64,000 bases of DNA from assembly GCA_012838805.1 (NCBI GenBank), contig DUON01000014.1, positions 2,900 to 66,899 of the forward strand, written 5' to 3'. This document shows positions 38,252-46,710 of this stretch, one piece after another. Made by a program: the position numbers and the translations under genes. Each line of letters begins with the position of its first letter. Within the stretch, counting starts at the first letter, position 1. A model generated the notes under the pieces. The model had not been told where the DNA came from. It saw only the letters and a list, made by a program, of their open reading frames with translations, and ran no database searches. This stretch comes from Clostridiales bacterium. Its GTDB lineage: Bacteria; Bacillota; Clostridia; Christensenellales; DTU072.

Positions 38252-39232
38252 ATGGGTTCCACAAGAAAAATCAAAGCAGTGAAAATTTTAGAGATATTAA
38301 AAAAATACAGCGACGAGGACAATCCGCTTTCCACAAATCAAATTATTGAAAGGCTTGCAAGCGAAGGAATAAAAGCTGAAAGAAAAGCCATTTATGACGA
38401 TATTAAGTTGTTAAACAAAGGCGGTTACGAAATAATGTGCCGAAGAGAAAAAAGCAATTTATACTATGTGATGGACAGAAGTTTTCAGATGCCCGAATTA
38501 AAAATTCTTTTGGATGCGGTTCAAGCGGCGACTTTTGTTACTGAAAAGAAAACCAAAGAGCTCGTGAAAAAAATCGCCGATTTAGCGGGTGAGAACAAGG
38601 CAAAACTTCTTAAAGAAAATATCGTATGCTTCAATACCCTAAAACACAGCAACGAATATATTTATTACAATGTGGACACCATTGACAGATGTATATTGAA
38701 TAAAAAGAAAGTGTCGTTTTTATATTTTGATTATGGATTGGACTGTCAAAAGATTTATCGTAAGGACAAGGAAAGATACATTGTCAATCCCATCGCCTTG
38801 ATTTTTTCAGAAGATAATTATTATTTAATTGCTTACATCGATAAATACGATGATATTTGCCACTTCAGAGTGGATAGAATGGAGAAAGTCGAAGAAGAAA
38901 AAGAGGATATCGTAGTTTCCGAAAGCATAAAAGGGTTTAATATCCATAAACACAAAAAGGAAGTTTTCTTTATGTTCAAGGGCGAATTAACAAGAGTCAA
39001 GATACTTGCGCATAATGAAATCATAAATGTAATTGTGGACAAATTCGGAGAAAAAGTGAGAATGCAAAAACATGATGACGACCATGTGGTCATAACTGCA
39101 GATGTCCAAATAAGCCCGACTTTTTATGCTTGGTGTTTTACCTTCGGCTCAAAATTGAAAATTCTATCGCCAGAAAAAGTGATTGATGAATTAAAGAGAA
39201 GAGCCCTTGAAGCGGTTAAGACTTATTCATAA
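38252..39232 (+). CDS. HTH-WYL-WCX transcriptional regulator (PafBC/BrxR/CapW-like architecture)
   Basis: N-terminal winged HTH (LSTNQIIERLASEGIKAERKAIYDDIKLL), central WYL-type block (DNYYLIAYIDKYDDICHFRVDRM), C-terminal extension. Confidence 0.75.
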   Translation: MGSTRKIKAVKILEILKKYSDEDNPLSTNQIIERLASEGIKAERKAIYDDIKLLNKGGYEIMCRREKSNLYYVMDRSFQMPELKILLDAVQAATFVTEKKTKELVKKIADLAGENKAKLLKENIVCFNTLKHSNEYIYYNVDTIDRCILNKKKVSFLYFDYGLDCQKIYRKDKERYIVNPIALIFSEDNYYLIAYIDKYDDICHFRVDRMEKVEEEKEDIVVSESIKGFNIHKHKKEVFFMFKGELTRVKILAHNEIINVIVDKFGEKVRMQKHDDDHVVITADVQISPTFYAWCFTFGSKLKILSPEKVIDELKRRALEAVKTYS

Positions 39233-39233
39233 A

Positions 39234-39261
39234 CTTAAGACCTCCAAACGGCGGTCTTAAG
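39234..39261. terminator. Hairpin between convergent genes
   Basis: CTTAAGACC (39234-39242)/GGTCTTAAG (39253-39261), 10-nt loop. Confidence 0.45.
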
Positions 39262-39292
39262 CTTAAATATATTTTTTATATTTATTGGAAGA

Positions 39293-40308
39293 TTATTTTC
39301 TTACAATCGTGGCATCTTTTAGATTTTCTTCAACCCATGCTTCTATCATTTGGATATTATCTGTATCGGGTCCCGTGATGTATACAGTTTCTATCGAAGT
39401 CCCCCCTCAAAGGCATTTTCGAAAAAACTCAACCACATTCGTGGATATATTGATTTCAGTTAACAAAAAGCAGGATTCAAATCCGCCAAGACTTTCTAAA
39501 GAGTCGGGGAGCTCTATACTGGTTAGAGAATCATTATGCGTGAAAGCTCTATTTATTTCCTTAAGCCCTTCAGAGAGGTTTACTTCCTTTAGGTTTATGC
39601 AAGCGGAAAATGCTCCATCTTCAATTATCTCCACACTTTCGGGAATATCCAATTCCTCTAAGCTCTCGCAGCCGAAGAAAGCGTTTTTCCCAATTTTCTT
39701 TATGCCATTGGGAATTGTGACAGAGCTTATTTTTGTGCAATCTTCAAAGGCAAATTCGCCTATGGTATCAATTTTAGAAGACAATTTGACTTCAATTGAG
39801 AGCAATGGCTAAAGGCGAATTCGCCCAAGTATTCCACGCTATTGGGCAAAGATACGCTCTTAAGTGCGGCATCGGCGAATGGCATGAATCTATCTTTTTA
39901 AGTTCCTGAGGGAATATGATGTTTTCTATAAAGGTTGAGCTAAACGCAAATGGCCCGATTTCTTTTACGCTCTCAGATATGGTGATTTTGGATATGCGCG
40001 AAGAGTCAAAGGCATGTTCCCCAATAACCTCAAGCCCTTCGGGTAAAGTGACAAAATTTATGTCATGTTTTGACTGAAAGGCATATTTTAAGATTTTTAC
40101 GGGCTTGCCTTTAATCTTGGAGGGCACAACTACATTGATTTCTTTGCCTTGATGTCGACTATGCGAACACTGTCTTTATAGATATAATATTCAAAACCGT
40201 CTTTTGTCACTCCATGAGTTTCATAATTACATGATGCCAATCCCAGCAAGAGTACGGCGAACGCCAAACATAGCATTATACACAAAAATAATTTAGACTT
40301 TTTCATAA
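39293..40308 (-). pseudogene. Decayed BspA-like LRR lipoprotein gene (at least five frame disruptions)
   Basis: An intact lipoprotein signal (MKKSKLFLCIMLCLAFAVLLLGLASC) is followed by LRR_5-type text that hops between frames. The segments are ...RIVDIK|KEINVVVPSKIKGKPV..., ...KKIDS|MPFADAALKSVSLPNSVEYLGEFAFSHCSQLKS|KLSSKIDTIGEFAFEDC..., ...NVVEFF|ENAFEG|GTSIETVYITG...ATIVRK*. Track ORFs 39792-40127 and 39407-39805 are two of the fragments. Confidence 0.8.
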
Positions 40309-40537
40309 TATCACTGCCTTAATTATTATTCTGATTGTCTTATTCTTGTTCCCTATCTGCTTAGTTTTAGTCTTCAAGCATTATATATTTTTTCTTAAAG
40401 CGGTTGCCATAAGCTTTCTTTTCTTTTTATGACATTAATTATAAAGAATTGGTTGAAATCAATAATATTTATATCTGTTTTTATAAGACTAATCTATTAT
40501 GGGCATAATAAAAACAACCGTAAAAAGAGGAGGTATT

Positions 40538-42472
40538 ATGTTTGAAAATATATTAAAAAAAGGCAATATTGGAACTTTAGAGATAAGAAACCGTTTTGTT
40601 GTTCCTGCTATGGGGACGGGCAGGGCGGAGCTAAACGGCTTTTTGAATGACAATGTAATAGAATACTATGTGGAAAGAGCGAGAGGGGGTTTTGGGCTCA
40701 TAATCTTAGAGGTCACCGGAGTTGACCCCTTAGGCAAGGCGATTCCCGAACAAATTATGATTGACGACGACAAGTATATCCCAAAACTAAAGGAACTGGC
40801 GGATAGAATTCATGCAGAGGGCGCCAAGGTCTTTCCACAGCTGCACCATGCGGGAAGACAAGCGGTAGAAAAGGTCTTAAACGCTCAATCGGTAGCACCT
40901 TCGGCTATTTCTTGTCCTATGACTAGGTCTATGCCAAGAGAGCTTACTACCCAAGAGGTATACGAACTCATTAAGAAGCATGGAGAATGCGCTGTAAGAG
41001 CAAAAAAAGCAGGTTTTGACGGCGTAGAGCTGCACGGAGCACACGGTTATCTCATAGGGCAGTTTCTTTCAGGCTATACCAATAAGAGAACGGATGAATT
41101 TGGCGGAACATTCCATAAGAGAATGAAATTTGCTGTGGACATTATTAAGACTATTAAGCAAGAATGCGGTCAAGATTTTCCGATATGTGTCAGGATAAGC
41201 GCTGATGAAAGAGTGGACGGTGGGCTTAAGCCCGAAGAAAGCGCGGCTATAGCCAAAGAGCTGGAAAGAGCTGGAGCGGATGCCATACATGTATCCACCG
41301 GCGTTTATGGCAGTATGCCATATATTATCGCTCCTGCGAGCATAGAACCTGGATATATCTTGGAATCTTGCAAGGTCATAAAAAAAGCGGTGAATATTCC
41401 CGTTATTGCTGTGGGCAGAATAAACGAACCGTATCTGGCGGATAGGGTTATTGCAGACGGCATAGCCGATTTTGTGGCTTTTGGCAGAGGTTCCTTAGCT
41501 GACCCACATATTCCCAATAAGACCAAAGAGGGAAGAATTGATGAAATCTTGTCATGTGTGGGATGTATGACCAGATGTCAAGGAGTAGTGGCTGGCAACG
41601 AAAAGGATAGGGGAGTATCTTGTATGGTCAATCCTTTTTGTGGACAGGAAGATAAGCGAAAAATCATTCCCGTCGAGAAAAAGAAAAAGAAAAAGATTGT
41701 CGTTGTGGGAGCAGGACCGGCAGGACTTGAAGCGGCATGGATACTTGCAGCAAGAGGGCACGATGTTACGCTTTTTGAGAAAAGCAACAAAATGGGAGGG
41801 CAGTTCTTGCCCGCCGCCGTGCCGCCTGGCAAGCAGGCTCTTCTTGCGTGCATTTCCTATTATCAAAAGATGTGCGAGAAATACGGCGTCGATATAAGGC
41901 TGGGAGTAGAAGCTTACGAAGCACTTGTCAAGGATTTGAGACCTGACGAAGTCATCTTGGCAACGGGCGCAATCCCCGTTGGATGTTGTATCGCAATAAA
42001 AGATATCCCTGTTGTTCAGGCTACGGATGTTCTTAACGGTAAGGTGGCTCTTGGCGAAAATGTATTGGTAGTCGGCGGGGGTCTTGTGGGGCTTGAAACT
42101 GCCGAACACATCTTGAGCATGGGCAGGAGGGTAACTATAACTGAAATGCTTTCTGAGGTGGGAAAGGATATACCTCCGGCGGTGAAATACTTTAGTCTAA
42201 AGAAACTTGCAAAAAACGGCGTAAAGATTTTAACCAACACTAAGGTGAAGGAAGTAAGCAAAAAAGGAGCGGTCTGCGAGGTTTTGAACGGAAAGGAGAC
42301 CTTGAAAGGGTTTGATATGATAGTATTGGCGATGGGTGCCCAATCGTATAATCCTTTGGAAGAAAAGCTAAGAGGAAAAGTAAAATCCCTTCATGTCATA
42401 GGCGACGCCAAAGACGCGCGAAGAGGAGTGGAGGCGATAGAAGAGGCGGTAAGCCTTGCCTTAGAGCTTTAA
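40538..42472 (+). CDS. OYE-like FMN/Fe-S flavoprotein fused to an FAD/NAD(P)-binding domain (2,4-dienoyl-CoA/2-enoate reductase family)
   Basis: Start moved to the ATG at 40538 (GAGGAGG SD). TIM-barrel OYE blocks ([14 protein letters not shown]), Cys cluster [10 protein letters not shown]...C, Rossmann [13 protein letters not shown]. Confidence 0.85.
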   Translation: MFENILKKGNIGTLEIRNRFVVPAMGTGRAELNGFLNDNVIEYYVERARGGFGLIILEVTGVDPLGKAIPEQIMIDDDKYIPKLKELADRIHAEGAKVFPQLHHAGRQAVEKVLNAQSVAPSAISCPMTRSMPRELTTQEVYELIKKHGECAVRAKKAGFDGVELHGAHGYLIGQFLSGYTNKRTDEFGGTFHKRMKFAVDIIKTIKQECGQDFPICVRISADERVDGGLKPEESAAIAKELERAGADAIHVSTGVYGSMPYIIAPASIEPGYILESCKVIKKAVNIPVIAVGRINEPYLADRVIADGIADFVAFGRGSLADPHIPNKTKEGRIDEILSCVGCMTRCQGVVAGNEKDRGVSCMVNPFCGQEDKRKIIPVEKKKKKKIVVVGAGPAGLEAAWILAARGHDVTLFEKSNKMGGQFLPAAVPPGKQALLACISYYQKMCEKYGVDIRLGVEAYEALVKDLRPDEVILATGAIPVGCCIAIKDIPVVQATDVLNGKVALGENVLVVGGGLVGLETAEHILSMGRRVTITEMLSEVGKDIPPAVKYFSLKKLAKNGVKILTNTKVKEVSKKGAVCEVLNGKETLKGFDMIVLAMGAQSYNPLEEKLRGKVKSLHVIGDAKDARRGVEAIEEAVSLALEL

Positions 42473-42503
42473 GAAAAATCAGGTCAAAAGACCTGATTTT
42501 TTT
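42473..42503. terminator. Bidirectional rho-independent terminator
   Basis: ATCAGGTC/GACCTGAT stem, AAAA loop, flanked by A5 and T7 runs. Confidence 0.75.
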
Positions 42504-43029
42504 AGGCGGGACTTTTTTCTACCCTTTTCATGATTACAAATTTACTCATAAAGAACACAATAAAGAATGTGGCGGACATCCATATAAGCTTTCCAAGTAT
42601 CGAGCTGATATTGTTATTATGGATAAAGGCATTGAGCCATGCGACCAAAAGAGGTCCTGTATAGGTTTGTAGACCTATAATAATAATAACCATTATGGCG
42701 TACATTATTGCACTGTAAACAATGTTGTTGTTGGCGTTAAAGGTCTTTTTGCGGTTAGTAATGAAAGCTACGATTTGGGCAAGGGTTATTGATACAAAAA
42801 AGGCAATCATAGTGCCCAATCCTCCCGCCCCGCCGCCGCTGTAATTGAAGATAAACCATTGAAAGGGGCGGTCGTTAAGCGAACTCAAAAGGACATTGTT
42901 AAGCAATAAGTAAGATCCCATTTCCGTAACGGCGGCAATCATGCTTATTAAGCTGAATTTTATAAACTGCCATAAGCCCGGTCGCTCTAACACGAATTTT
43001 TTTATTTTTGATAATTTTCCCTTTTCCAT
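42502..43029 (-). CDS. GtrA-family membrane protein
   Basis: 175 aa, four TM segments, N-terminal WQFIKFSLISMIAAVTEMGSYLLL pattern typical of GtrA-like proteins. Confidence 0.6.
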   Translation of the reverse strand: MEKGKLSKIKKFVLERPGLWQFIKFSLISMIAAVTEMGSYLLLNNVLLSSLNDRPFQWFIFNYSGGGAGGLGTMIAFFVSITLAQIVAFITNRKKTFNANNNIVYSAIMYAIMVIIIIGLQTYTGPLLVAWLNAFIHNNNISSILGKLIWMSATFFIVFFMSKFVIMKRVEKSPA

Positions 43030-43249
43030 AAAAAATAATTCCTTAGAGAATTGATAGCTATATTATATTATATATCGAATAAATATACAATACAAAAATT
43101 TCCTAATTTTGTAAACGATATTGAAAAAAATGTCTGGTTATGCTATCATAAAAAATATAGAAGATTTGTATATGTTTATCGGATAAAAAGATAAGAAACC
43201 TATAGATAAATTGGGCAATAGCTCAAATAAGAGATTACAAGGATAAAAA

Positions 43250-44449
43250 ATGGTTGAAGAGAAACAAAAGAAAGGGTTATGTTCGCTTTTTGGTTTTTTG
43301 TACCTTAAGGTTTTGAATGAAGACCCCTTGGATTTTCAAATAGTTGACATAAATGACAGATTTCTTTTCATGGTGGGCGAAAACCAGGAAATTGTTGGGA
43401 AAAGGAAAAATGAGCTGAACAGCGCTTTAATAAATAAAGTTGCAGAAATGATTCAATCGGGCAAGACTGACGCAAAGGTTTTTTCTGACTCAACGGTATA
43501 CGATATCAAGATTTTTAATAATAAGAACGGCTTGTCCGTTTATTTTTTTGAAGATATCTATAAACCTGAATATGGCGGCATAGTTCCCAAACTCATGATA
43601 GACAACGGCTTTTTGGATTGGGCGGTGAGATATGACGACCCAAGATATTATCCAATATCTATTGGGCTTTTGGATATAAACGGCTTAAAAAATATCAATG
43701 ATAGATATGGCTACGAACAAGGGGATAAAATTATTAATAAGACAGCCCAAATAATCCGCTCCAACCTTAATTCAAATACAATAGCCACAAGACTTGGCGG
43801 GAATGGTTTCGCAATAATGGTCTTTCAAACTTCTGAAAACGAGATATTAAGCTTATTATTCGAGATAAAAAGACAATTTGAGATGGCGTTTGAAAAATAC
43901 GATCTGTCTCTTTCGACGGGCTTTGCCATAAAGAACGATAAGTCGCTTAATATGACAAAATTATTCAACAAAGCCGAAGACAACATGTATTTTAACAAAT
44001 TGCTTCAAAAAGGCAGCGTAAGGCGTCGCACGCTGGACGCTATAATAGATATTTTTTCATTAAAATGCCCAAGAGAGGCAAAGCATTCCAGAAGGGTCTC
44101 CGCCCTTTGCAAGAGATTTGCCATTGAGCTTGATTTGGAAAAAGAAAAGATTGACAGCTTGACGGTCACAAGCCTTATGCATGATATAGGAAAAGTAGGA
44201 GTAAAAGACTACATTCTCAATAAGCCGTCCGCCTTAGATGAAGAGGAATGGGCTATAATAAAAAAACACCCCGATATGGGCGGAAAAATTTTAAGTTCCA
44301 TAAAGGAATTTCAAGACATGGCAGAGATTGTGCGCCAGCACCACGAGAGATGGGACGGAACGGGATACCCGAATGGTCTTAAGGGCAATGAGATTATCTT
44401 TGAGGCAAGGATTATTGCTTTGGCCGATGCGTACGATTCGATGCGATGA
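43250..44449 (+). CDS. Signalling protein with degenerate GGDEF domain (GGNGF) and HD-GYP domain; 3' end displaced by a frameshift
   Basis: GGDEF-domain blocks (DINGLKNINDRYGYEQGDKII, RLGGNGFAIMV). HD-GYP blocks (HDIGKVGV, HHERWDGTGYPNGL). The ORF stops inside the conserved ADAYDxMTxDRPYR block, and the remainder (MTNDRPYRKA...GFGW*) continues in another frame to 44583. Confidence 0.8.
   Translation: MVEEKQKKGLCSLFGFLYLKVLNEDPLDFQIVDINDRFLFMVGENQEIVGKRKNELNSALINKVAEMIQSGKTDAKVFSDSTVYDIKIFNNKNGLSVYFFEDIYKPEYGGIVPKLMIDNGFLDWAVRYDDPRYYPISIGLLDINGLKNINDRYGYEQGDKIINKTAQIIRSNLNSNTIATRLGGNGFAIMVFQTSENEILSLLFEIKRQFEMAFEKYDLSLSTGFAIKNDKSLNMTKLFNKAEDNMYFNKLLQKGSVRRRTLDAIIDIFSLKCPREAKHSRRVSALCKRFAIELDLEKEKIDSLTVTSLMHDIGKVGVKDYILNKPSALDEEEWAIIKKHPDMGGKILSSIKEFQDMAEIVRQHHERWDGTGYPNGLKGNEIIFEARIIALADAYDSMR
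44439..44448 (+). repeat. 5-bp tandem duplication CGATG-CGATG causing the frameshift
   Basis: Sequence reads GATTCGATGCGATGACC. Deleting one CGATG gives GAT TCG ATG ACC AAT GAC AGA CCT TAT = DSMTNDRPY in frame. Confidence 0.85.
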
Positions 44450-44652
44450 CCAATGACAGACCTTATAGAAAAGCAAGAACACCTTTGCAAGCGGTAAATG
44501 AACTCAAAATCAACGCAGCGAAATACTTCGACCCTGAGCTTTGCAGATTTTTTGTGGAAAAAGTTTTGGGTTTTGGCTGGTAATTCTTTATAGGTTGTTT
44601 TGATTCTCAAAATTATGTTATTATATTTATATATCTCAAAAACGGAGACACA

Positions 44653-46710
44653 ATGAGAAAAAGAGCACTTTTTTGTATTGCGTTCTTGGCGGTTCTTGTC
44701 ATATGCTTGACTTTTGCGGGCTGTGACAGAACACCGTATAAAATACATTTTGAAACCAATGGAAGCACTCCCATAGAGTCTATAAAAACCGATGGGAAAT
44801 CCATGGTAGACTTGCCCATGCCCACAATGCAGGGCTATATATTTGTCGGCTGGTTTTATGACAATCACACATTTAGAGAACAATTCACTAAAACATCGTT
44901 AATAAAAAATCCCATAAAAGAGGATATCACCATATACGCCAAATGGGAAGTCCGCCTTGAACCCACACCAGGACTTGTCTATCAAGAAAGTCAAGACGGT
45001 TTTATTGTCTCTGGATATGAAGGCGATGATAAGGACATTGTGATTCCGTCCACGCATTATGGCTTACCGCTTGTGGCAATCGCCGAAGAGGCGTTTTTAG
45101 ACAAAGAGATAGAAAGCGTCATAATTCCCAACAGCGTAGCTCAAATAGGCGAAGGTGCTTTTAAGGGATGCGATAGCTTAAAGAAAATCACCCTGCCGTT
45201 TATTGGAAAGGAAAGGGGCTTAAGCAAAACGTATGATTCTGTTTTTGGGTATATCTTTGGTTATACCGATGATTTTTTTGAAGGCTTATTCCATATCCGA
45301 CAATATTATGACATGGAGAACTCTCTGTATTATTATATTCCGTCTTCATTGGAAGAGGTTATAGTGACTCAAACCAACCGTTTGCCATACGGAGCTTTTT
45401 ATAATTGCAGGAACATTAAAAAGATTGAATTGCCCAAAAACCTTGCACGAATTGAAGAGAAAGCTTTCTATAATTGCTCAAATCTGGGATATATCATAAT
45501 TCATGACTCCATTGCGCAAATAGACAGGAACGCATTTGAAAACAGTCCCGAGGTCACTATTTATTGTCAGCCTCAATCAAAACCGTCATTATGGTCTAAG
45601 GATTGGGTGGGGGAAGAAAATATTGTCTATTGGGGAATAGACCCCTTAGATATCGGTGAATTGGACGGCTTGCAATATTTGATAACTGATAATAATATCG
45701 AAATAACAAGATATTTTGGAGAGAAAAAGGAAATAAATGTTCCGGCGGCGATAATAGACCGTACTGTTGTTGCCATAAGGACAAACGCTTTCAAAAAAGT
45801 TAGTCTTGAGAAAGCCATACTTCCCGATACACTTCAAAGGATTGGGTTTTCAGCTTTTGCCGAGGCAAAAAATCTTATTGAACTAACCCTACCGTTTACG
45901 GGTTCGGGCTCTTTTGAAACTCATTTTGGTTATATCTTTGGAGCAAGCTCAAGTTCGATACATCTTACCTATATCCCCAAAAGTCTCAAAAAAGTAAAAG
46001 TTTCCAAAGGAAAGACGATAGCGGAAAGCGCGTTTTTGGACTGTGCGTATATAGAAGAAATCGTCTTGCCTGAGTCTTTGGAAAAGATTGAAAAGTTGGC
46101 GTTCAGCAACTGTCTGGCGTTAAGCACTATAAAGATACCCCAAAGCGTGAACGATATCGGAGAAAACGCTTTTCAAGGATGCGAAGCCCTTAGAACAATA
46201 GCTCTCCCCAAACAATTGAGCTCTATGGGGGGAAGGCTTTTTTATAACTGCACAAATTTAACAAATGTTACTCTGCCGCAAAACATTAAAATACTGCCCA
46301 GTTTTTCTTTTTATGGGTGTGAATCTCTTGAGACAATAGAGCTTCCCGCAGGCTTAAAAGAAATAGGGGAAAGTGCTTTTGAAAAATGTCAAAATTTGAA
46401 AAATATGTCCTTGCCCCAAACCATGGAAAAAATAGACCGCAGAGCGTTTAACGAATGCATTGCGTTAGAAGAAATAAATATCCCCGACGGCTTAATAATC
46501 ATCGGGGATAAGGTTTTTGAAAATTGTACAAGCCTTGAATCCATTTATATTCCATTTTCAGTGACCAGTATAGGCGTATGGGCTTTTAGAGAATGTGGCT
46601 CTTTGACTATTTATGCCCAAAGAAAGGAATCTGAACAGCCTTCCGGGTGGGTTGACCAATGGAATATAAGCGGTTGCCCAATCGTTTGGGATTATTCCCA
46701 AGAAGATTAG
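44653..46710 (+). CDS. BspA-like LRR surface lipoprotein (685 aa) with one Listeria-Bacteroides-type repeat
   Basis: Lipobox LTFAGC. YKIHFETNGSTPIESIK...GYIFVGWFYD...ITIYAKW. This is followed by IGEGAFKGCDSL-type LRR_5 units. Confidence 0.9.
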   Translation: MRKRALFCIAFLAVLVICLTFAGCDRTPYKIHFETNGSTPIESIKTDGKSMVDLPMPTMQGYIFVGWFYDNHTFREQFTKTSLIKNPIKEDITIYAKWEVRLEPTPGLVYQESQDGFIVSGYEGDDKDIVIPSTHYGLPLVAIAEEAFLDKEIESVIIPNSVAQIGEGAFKGCDSLKKITLPFIGKERGLSKTYDSVFGYIFGYTDDFFEGLFHIRQYYDMENSLYYYIPSSLEEVIVTQTNRLPYGAFYNCRNIKKIELPKNLARIEEKAFYNCSNLGYIIIHDSIAQIDRNAFENSPEVTIYCQPQSKPSLWSKDWVGEENIVYWGIDPLDIGELDGLQYLITDNNIEITRYFGEKKEINVPAAIIDRTVVAIRTNAFKKVSLEKAILPDTLQRIGFSAFAEAKNLIELTLPFTGSGSFETHFGYIFGASSSSIHLTYIPKSLKKVKVSKGKTIAESAFLDCAYIEEIVLPESLEKIEKLAFSNCLALSTIKIPQSVNDIGENAFQGCEALRTIALPKQLSSMGGRLFYNCTNLTNVTLPQNIKILPSFSFYGCESLETIELPAGLKEIGESAFEKCQNLKNMSLPQTMEKIDRRAFNECIALEEINIPDGLIIIGDKVFENCTSLESIYIPFSVTSIGVWAFRECGSLTIYAQRKESEQPSGWVDQWNISGCPIVWDYSQED

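Noticed and set aside
39285-39812. 175-aa plus-strand ORF from the track
   Set aside because: It is the antisense shadow of the LRR pseudogene. The minus strand carries recognisable IGxxAFxxC LRR text and a lipoprotein signal, whereas the plus-strand product is low-complexity with no SD.
37354-40308. Searched around the WYL regulator for a canonical defence system (restriction, BREX, CBASS, Abi, toxin-antitoxin, CRISPR-Cas)
   Set aside because: No nuclease, methyltransferase, ATPase, cyclase or toxin-like ORF is present. Only the DUF3267-like membrane protein and a dead LRR gene flank it.
41660-41700. Purine-rich A/G repeat (GAGAAAAAGAAAAAGAAAAAG)
   Set aside because: It lies in frame inside the oxidoreductase gene. 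It encodes the Lys-rich linker EKKKKKKI between the OYE barrel and the Rossmann domain, so it is not a regulatory repeat or a frameshift.
44311-44883. 190-aa minus-strand ORF
   Set aside because: It runs antisense across the HD-GYP 3' end, the intergenic promoter region and the signal peptide of the 685-aa LRR lipoprotein. It has no motif and no SD.
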